A stretch of 64,000 nucleotides of DNA. Source: a virus (Duplodnaviria > Heunggongvirae > Uroviricota > Caudoviricetes). Under the pieces are notes generated by a model. It searched no databases and had not been told where the DNA came from. It saw nothing but the letters and a program-made list of their open reading frames with translations. The number at the start of each line of letters is the position of its first letter. The stretch's first letter is position 1. Positions 58,603 to 64,000 of this stretch are shown here, piece after piece. A program made the position numbers and the translations under genes. The stretch lies in the IMG/VR virus record IMGVR_UViG_3300029705_000031; one strand, written 5' to 3'.

Positions 58603-58936
58603 CTATTTTTATATCACTTATTATCAATAAATTCTTCTAATTCAAACTTATAAAACCAAATCTCTCTTAGATCCTTAGTACGACAAAGAACTTGTTCTTT
58701 ACCTTCTCTTAGAACCCATAAATAATCCTTAGTAAACTTGTGAATTAGCTTTTTACCATGAGTAAATTCCATAGTTAAATACCACCTACAACCTTTTTAA
58801 ATTTTTAGTTCATATAATTTATATAAACTAATAGTTTTTTAGTAGTATTTTTAGTTTTTAAAAAACTTATATGATAAAGAAATATTTTAAATCATTTATC
58901 CTAAAATCTAATCTTAAATTATATTCTTATGATATA

Positions 58937-59380
58937 TTAGATGGATAAATAATAACTAAACTCATTATTAGAAAAACCATAAGCGTTCATATCTATAACC
59001 ATATTATCTTTAAGGACACGTACAACCCACATAAATGCTTCATCATAATCATCACTATTAGAATACTCAAACTTTATAGATTCAAAACTATCTGCAGGAG
59101 TAATTTCTGGTATAGTTATCCCCCATTTATAAGCACTACCTGTGTAAGTCACATTATGCATAATAATAAATATAGAATCTATAGGTACTTGTATTGTGAC
59201 TCCTGAATTATCAGCATTTACTTTTAAACGAATTAGAGATTTAGTAGCATAGTCATAGTAAATAATAACATTAGCTGGACTATAAGCTTCTCTATCAGGT
59301 TCTCTATCACTATTTAATGTAATAGTAGCCATCTCTGGCATATTACCAGAATCTCCGCCTCTTTTAACAAAAACAGACAT
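58937..59380 (-). CDS. hypothetical protein (147 aa), fibre-module associated
   Basis: ORF with GGAGAC RBS-like. Confidence 0.45.
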   Translation of the reverse strand: MSVFVKRGGDSGNMPEMATITLNSDREPDREAYSPANVIIYYDYATKSLIRLKVNADNSGVTIQVPIDSIFIIMHNVTYTGSAYKWGITIPEITPADSFESIKFEYSNSDDYDEAFMWVVRVLKDNMVIDMNAYGFSNNEFSYYLSI

Positions 59381-59401
59381 ATTCTTTCAAGTCTCCTTTC
59401 A

Positions 59402-59719
59402 TTATATTACACCAATATTTATAGGTATATCAACTTCAGGAATTTCTACAGTATAGAAAGTTAAACTGTTAAGACCTTGAGCTACCTTTTGAGAAGAAGG
59501 TCCTTTAATCCAAGCTTCTAATATTGATTTATCAGCTTCTATATCTGTTCCTGATAATCTTGCATCAACAATAATTATAGGGGTATTAATAGTTACACCA
59601 GATACAAATATAGACTGTTTATATCTACCATCAGAATTAGATTCCCATCCAGAAATAGTAAGAGTAGCTGAAGAAGCTTTTCCATGATTAGCTTGAGGAA
59701 TTGAATTTATAATACCCAT
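59402..59719 (-). CDS. hypothetical protein (105 aa); N-terminus MGIINSIPQ paralogous to 59958 ORF, C-terminus resembles end of fibre 57137..58522
   Basis: motif-level similarity seen in sequence. Confidence 0.45.
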   Translation of the reverse strand: MGIINSIPQANHGKASSATLTISGWESNSDGRYKQSIFVSGVTINTPIIIVDARLSGTDIEADKSILEAWIKGPSSQKVAQGLNSLTFYTVEIPEVDIPINIGVI

Positions 59720-59820
59720 AAAGTCTTTATTACCCTCCTTATTAGATTTTATTTGAAAACTTAATTTCTAATTAAAACATTTAACAATCAAAAATTTTAA
59801 AGAATAAACTATTTTAATTC

Positions 59821-59851
59821 CTAGAAACAAACTATTATAGTTTGTTTCTAG
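59821..59851. promoter_or_regulatory. perfect 31-bp palindrome ctagaaacaaactat-t-atagtttgtttctag in divergent intergenic region (operator-like)
   Basis: 15/15 arm complementarity around a single central T; lies between divergently transcribed 59402..59719(-) and 59958..61034(+). Confidence 0.4.
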
Positions 59852-59957
59852 ATTCAATAGCTTATTAATTTTTTAAAACTAAAAAGGTAAGAAGTTATTG
59901 AAAAGCTATTTTTATGTTTTTGTTATTAAATTTTAAAAGGGAGGTTATAAATATTTT

Positions 59958-61034
59958 ATGAGTATTATAAATGCTATACCCCAAATTAAAAGTATAGATA
60001 CTAGTGAATTTGCTAAAATTACTGATTTAAGTGATTGCATGAAAAAATCTGAAGTTTTACAATTATCTTCAGAACCAAATTCAACTACAATTGGTTATGC
60101 AGGACAAATGGCAATTGTAAATACTGATACAGTATATGTTTGTGCTGGTGCTATAACTGACGGTACTACAACTCAATATGTATGGAAGAAAAATAGAAGT
60201 GGCACTGTTGCTGGAGATAATGGTAGTGATCCTCTAGTTTTTACTACAAGTAAAACTATTGATCTTAGTGCTTATGGTTTAGAAACTGGTGATAGTATTA
60301 CTATTGCTTGTGTTAGTGGTGGTAATGGTGGTCAAGCTGGCGGCGGTAATGCACTTAGAGATGAAGTAGGTGGTAATGGTGGAGCTGGTGGATGTGGTGG
60401 TAAAAGTACTGGTAATAGTCATAGTGGAGGTGGAGGAGGTAGTGGTGTAGGATATGGTGCAGGTGGCGGAGGTGGTGGAGGTAGACATTATTATAGTAGT
60501 ACATCTGGCGCCACTAAGTATAAAGCTGGTAATGGTGGAGCTGGTGGAGCTGGTGGAAAATGTGAGGTAAAAACTGTAACATTAACGTCTACGTCTGTTG
60601 CTGTTACTATTGGAGCTGGTGGTACTGGAGGTAGCGGTATTGCTAGTTCTTCTGGTACTACTAGTGCCGATTATACAATTGGTAATGTTGGTGGTACTGG
60701 AGGTACTACATCCTTTGGTAGCTATTTATCAGTTACAGGTGGCGGAGGTAAAGCTGGTGGTAATGGAAGTAGTGGCGATTATCGTAGTCCTAGTACTTAT
60801 GATGATTATTCTTATGGTGGTTATGGTGGCGGCGGAGGAGGCGGTTGGTACTGGACTACTGGAGTAATTGGTTCTCTAAATCAATATGGAGCTGGAAGTA
60901 ATGGACCTGATACTAGTAGTGCATGGGAAACTTATGGTGGTAGAGGAGGCGGTGCTGCTGCTGCTAATGGTGGTACTGGAGGTAATTCTGGCACTGATAG
61001 TGGTTCTGGTGGCGCAGTCTTTATTTGGTATTAA
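59958..61034 (+). CDS. glycine-rich fibre/receptor-binding-like protein (358 aa; long GGxGG runs)
   Basis: GGGAGG RBS; N-terminus MSIINAIPQ shared with 59402 ORF; Gly-rich low-complexity core. Confidence 0.5.
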   Translation: MSIINAIPQIKSIDTSEFAKITDLSDCMKKSEVLQLSSEPNSTTIGYAGQMAIVNTDTVYVCAGAITDGTTTQYVWKKNRSGTVAGDNGSDPLVFTTSKTIDLSAYGLETGDSITIACVSGGNGGQAGGGNALRDEVGGNGGAGGCGGKSTGNSHSGGGGGSGVGYGAGGGGGGGRHYYSSTSGATKYKAGNGGAGGAGGKCEVKTVTLTSTSVAVTIGAGGTGGSGIASSSGTTSADYTIGNVGGTGGTTSFGSYLSVTGGGGKAGGNGSSGDYRSPSTYDDYSYGGYGGGGGGGWYWTTGVIGSLNQYGAGSNGPDTSSAWETYGGRGGGAAAANGGTGGNSGTDSGSGGAVFIWY

Positions 61035-61046
61035 TAGGAGAGATGA

Positions 61047-61496
61047 TTGATTATGAATAAGAAATATATAAGATTAGATGAAACTAATAGAGTTTTAGAA
61101 ATTATTCCTGAATTTGATCCTGTATTTCCTGAAATACCATTAAGTGAAAGATATTCCAAAGTATTTATAGATTCTCTTATGGAAATTGAAGAAGATGTAA
61201 AAGTAGAACAAAATTGGTACTACAACAAATCTACTAATGGTTTTGTAAAAACTATTAATGAAATTCTATCTTCTTCTGAATTAAGAGAAAAGGCTTATAA
61301 AGAATTAGCTATTATTAACTGGGAATCTTCTACAATTACTGTTGATAAGGCTAATGAACTTTGGATTGCTTATACTGCTGAAGGAAATACTGAAAAGTCT
61401 AGTAAACTATCTGCTTTAATTGCAGAAGCTAAAGCTAGCATTAGAGAAATGTATCCTGATGAAGTAGTTGAAGAACCTACTGAATCTGTTGAATAA
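61047..61496 (+). CDS. hypothetical acidic protein (149 aa), possible fibre assembly chaperone
   Basis: ORF directly after fibre-like gene; function inferred from position only. Confidence 0.35.
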   Translation: MIMNKKYIRLDETNRVLEIIPEFDPVFPEIPLSERYSKVFIDSLMEIEEDVKVEQNWYYNKSTNGFVKTINEILSSSELREKAYKELAIINWESSTITVDKANELWIAYTAEGNTEKSSKLSALIAEAKASIREMYPDEVVEEPTESVE

Positions 61497-61505
61497 AAAT
61501 AAAAA

Positions 61506-61534
61506 GGATAAAGGGAATTTAATTCCCTTTATCC
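61506..61534. terminator. hairpin ggataaagggaattt/aattccctttatcc (copy 2 of the 58575 hairpin), bidirectional terminator
   Basis: same 14-bp stem as copy 1, one extra loop nt. Confidence 0.7.
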
Positions 61535-61549
61535 TTAAAAATTACTTAA

Positions 61550-62323
61550 TTAACCTTCATAGCAAATATAGATATCACCAGTAGGTAGTGAAGCACCAGA
61601 ACCAATGTCATTAGTTCCAGCATAGATGTTTCTAACTTGTTTAGTACCTAAGTTAGTAACAGCACTTGCATTAGCAACAACTTGTCCTGCTAAAGTACCA
61701 GCAGTAATAGTATTAGCACCTTGATTGTGAGAAGTAGGAGCTACACCACTAACTTCAGATGCACTGTGAGTATGACCTACAGGAGAAGCACCAACTTCAG
61801 ATAAGGTATAAGTAAGACCACCAGTACCGTCAAAATTCTTACTAGAATTACCAATCTTAATAGCTCTACTAGTAGTTAACTTAGCAGCAGAATTTACACT
61901 ACCAGTAGGAATTACATAATCTACACCAGCTTGAGCAACTGTAATTGTACCATTACCATTACCTTTTAATAATCCATTAGCAGTAATAGTAGCTTGTTTA
62001 CCTGCAATACTAGCTAACGCAATATAAAAAGCAGCTTCAGTTCCAGTATAACCACCAGCTACAGCAGATTCATATGCTGATTTACCATCAGCACCAGCAG
62101 TAGTAGGAATACTATCCCAATAACTATAAGAGATATTAACGAGTCCACTAGGGGCAGTATTGAATGTAACAACATTACCAGATAGAGTATAACCAGAGTT
62201 AGCACCAGATACAATTATCTTAACATTTTGGTCTGGTATATTTTGTAAAGTAAAATCCTTCTGAGAACCATTTCCAACAAAAGTTTCAGTAATAGGAATT
62301 TTAATTTTTATAGATTCAGCCAT
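61550..62323 (-). CDS. tail fibre protein (257 aa) with conserved N-terminal fibre module (GADGKSAYESAVAGGYTGTE)
   Basis: paralogous N-terminus to 57137..58522. Confidence 0.6.
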   Translation of the reverse strand: MAESIKIKIPITETFVGNGSQKDFTLQNIPDQNVKIIVSGANSGYTLSGNVVTFNTAPSGLVNISYSYWDSIPTTAGADGKSAYESAVAGGYTGTEAAFYIALASIAGKQATITANGLLKGNGNGTITVAQAGVDYVIPTGSVNSAAKLTTSRAIKIGNSSKNFDGTGGLTYTLSEVGASPVGHTHSASEVSGVAPTSHNQGANTITAGTLAGQVVANASAVTNLGTKQVRNIYAGTNDIGSGASLPTGDIYICYEG

Positions 62324-62368
62324 TATAATTTACCCCCTTTATTCTATAAATTTTTGAAATCATTTTTT

Positions 62369-63130
62369 TTAGGTATTTTTTAATCTTTCGTCTAGTAAAT
62401 TCATTACAAATTGATAAACTGCATTAGAAGTGACAAGATTATCACTGCCAAAAGTTACTTCATTATCAATACTAAATCCAGTACCATCAGGATTAAACCA
62501 AACATCAATTTCATCAGTAGGTCTAACCTTACTTACTTCAATTCTACTATTGAATTTAAGGTTTTGTACGGAAGCTTTTTTATCCTCCATATCAATAATG
62601 ACAGAAACGATACTATTAACTTCAAATGCATGTTTATAATTACAGGTACAGACGTTTTCAGAGTCTACTAATTCATAATTTTCTCCATCAATTACAATGT
62701 GAGTTAAATCACAACTAGCTACTGGAGTTTTAAAATTGATCTGTAGCTTATTCTGTACGTACATACCAGTAGGTAAAGATAATGTTAATTTTTTATCAGC
62801 GATACTACCATTAACTGTAGCTGCTACAGTACCAGCACCAGCAGTATAAGCTACTTCATATTTTTCAAAAGGAATTAATTCATAAACACCTTTAGAAAAA
62901 CTAGTAGCTTTAAAAGTATCACCAGAACGTTTATAATAAGTCTTTCCACTTACTGCAGAATTATCAGAAGTTACTTGATAGTTAGCATAATCAGCAAAAC
63001 CAGCTTCAGAAATATCAGAGAATTGTTTAAAACAAAAACCATTAGCATCATATAATCTAATAAAAGAAGAACCTCTAACAGCTTTATTATAATCATAAGA
63101 TACTAAACCTTTTACTAAAACACCTGCCAT
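62369..63130 (-). CDS. hypothetical structural protein (253 aa)
   Basis: ORF with AAGGAGG RBS. Confidence 0.5.
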   Translation of the reverse strand: MAGVLVKGLVSYDYNKAVRGSSFIRLYDANGFCFKQFSDISEAGFADYANYQVTSDNSAVSGKTYYKRSGDTFKATSFSKGVYELIPFEKYEVAYTAGAGTVAATVNGSIADKKLTLSLPTGMYVQNKLQINFKTPVASCDLTHIVIDGENYELVDSENVCTCNYKHAFEVNSIVSVIIDMEDKKASVQNLKFNSRIEVSKVRPTDEIDVWFNPDGTGFSIDNEVTFGSDNLVTSNAVYQFVMNLLDERLKNT

Positions 63131-63150
63131 AATAAGTTTCCTCCTTCCGA

Positions 63151-63957
63151 TTAATAGTTAGCTAGGGTAGGTTGAGCATTTACAGAAATAGTACCACCAG
63201 TACTATAAGTATATAGAGTTCTAGCAACTAAATTAGTAGTTTTAATACTTACAGAACTTCCACTATCAACAATAATACCATCAACAACTTCATTATTACC
63301 ACCAGTAATGGTATCTATATACATCTGAGATAACTCAGATACTTTAACTGCTGTAATGGCACTATTAACATTGATAATACCTTTGCTAATAAAAGTACTA
63401 GCTTCTTTTAGTTCAATACCAGTATCAGTACTATTAATAGTAATTGTATATCCACTATCAAAAACAACAGCACTGTCAGTAATAGTTATACTATTAGCAG
63501 TTAAGTGTATTCCATTAAACTTTACAGAAACACTGTAAGAAATGGATAAATTATTGATAGTGATATCATAATTATCTCCACTAAAAATAATAGAACCACC
63601 AAAGAAACCAGTTACATTAACGACTTCATTATAAGTTCCATTATCTATAAAGGTAATATATGCATTATTACCATTTAAATTTTTAGGAATTACACTTAAA
63701 GCCTTATTAATAGTAGCATAAGGAGCATCCTTACTACCATCTCCAGTTTCATCATTACCAGATATACCTACATAAATAGTTGCATCTACTAATAGATTAG
63801 GACTTTTTGAACTAACTATATTGTTTATGCTACTATTGTTATTATTACTATTTTCTTTAGTAACAAACCAAACAACTTCACTACCAGAAGGAGCCTCACT
63901 ACCAACATGAACTTCAGGAGGACTAATGTTATTTTCTAAAGCAGTATATATACCGCT
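63151..63957 (-). CDS. tailspike-like protein, 5'-truncated (no start codon; reading frame runs into the terminal palindrome); N-terminal region has pectin-lyase-fold signature GDGSKDAPYATINKAL
   Basis: in-frame translation from stop at 63151..63153 up to an in-frame stop created inside the palindrome at 63958..63960; no ATG/GTG/TTG after that stop. Confidence 0.5.
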   Translation of the reverse strand, partial: SGIYTALENNISPPEVHVGSEAPSGSEVVWFVTKENSNNNNSSINNIVSSKSPNLLVDATIYVGISGNDETGDGSKDAPYATINKALSVIPKNLNGNNAYITFIDNGTYNEVVNVTGFFGGSIIFSGDNYDITINNLSISYSVSVKFNGIHLTANSITITDSAVVFDSGYTITINSTDTGIELKEASTFISKGIINVNSAITAVKVSELSQMYIDTITGGNNEVVDGIIVDSGSSVSIKTTNLVARTLYTYSTGGTISVNAQPTLANY

Positions 63958-64000
63958 TTAGAAAATAACATTAGTCCTCCTGAAGTTCATGTTGGTAGTG
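63897..64000. repeat. 104-nt near-perfect palindrome (48-bp arms, central gtatatatac also self-complementary; single a/c central mismatch) abutting the window end
   Basis: reverse complement of 63953..64000 equals 63897..63944 exactly. Confidence 0.9.

Noticed and set aside
58618-58773. Apparent small minus-strand ORF downstream of the fibre gene (first read as ~52 aa)
   Set aside because: On careful translation the ATG at 58773 opens a frame that stops after 21 codons; no credible gene
60279-60867. Two ORFs (69 aa minus, 89 aa plus, different frames) inside the Gly-rich gene
   Set aside because: Generated by GGT-repeat DNA read in other frames; Thr- or Val/Leu-rich nonsense
63897-64000. 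Terminal palindrome interpreted as a genuine hairpin telomere
   Set aside because: Not excluded, but the palindrome centre falls inside a tailspike ORF and leaves it without a start codon. This makes a fold-back artefact or recombination more likely than a genome end. It is reported as a finding rather than annotated as a telomere.

Overview
This 64-kb window reads as one segment of a large, AT-rich (~30% GC) virulent-type phage genome, probably from a Firmicutes host. The evidence for the host is AGGAGG/AAAGGA ribosome-binding sites, TTG/GTG start codons, and a CHAP+SH3b endolysin. Nearly every gene ends at a hairpin+T-run terminator. There are no rRNA or tRNA genes and no CRISPR array.

Gene layout:
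- 1-12.9 kb: large structural proteins of unknown function (one + gene and a convergent minus-strand block).
- 13-47 kb: replication and nucleotide-metabolism genes on the + strand. These are an Mre11/SbcD (T4 gp47-like) nuclease, a DnaB-like ATPase, a Dda/RecD-like helicase, a class II ribonucleotide reductase with a C-terminal Zn ribbon, a dCMP deaminase, and GyrB-like and GyrA-like type IIA topoisomerase subunits.
- 44-55 kb: a MoxR-type AAA+ ATPase, a VWA/metallopeptidase protein, a flotillin (SPFH) protein, an HExxH peptidase and a His/Pro-rich protein.
- 55-57 kb: the lysis module (CHAP + 2xSH3b endolysin and a membrane protein).
- 57-64 kb: paralogous tail-fibre and tailspike genes.

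Most notable findings:
- Three self-splicing elements interrupt essential genes. A group I intron sits in the GyrB-like gene exactly at the Toprim DxDxD motif and carries a Vsr/EDxHD-like endonuclease ORF. A second group I intron splits the MoxR ATPase gene and carries a different ORF. The two introns share an almost identical ~75-nt ribozyme core (R/P7 element plus hairpins) with compensatory stem changes. A 437-aa LAGLIDADG intein is inserted immediately after the catalytic Tyr of the GyrA-like subunit.
- An RNA-end repair/modification gene set is present: Tpt1/KptA RNA 2'-phosphotransferase, a Pol-beta-type nucleotidyltransferase translationally coupled to a CCA-adding enzyme, and a HicA-like toxin with a possible HicB partner.
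- Three paralogous proteins are built from a 23-residue Trp-anchored repeat. They flank a ClpP-like protease that is not in the structural module.
- A perfect 104-nt palindrome at the window end truncates a tailspike ORF.
- A perfect 31-bp palindrome lies between divergent fibre genes.
- Two identical hairpin terminators bracket a fibre cassette.
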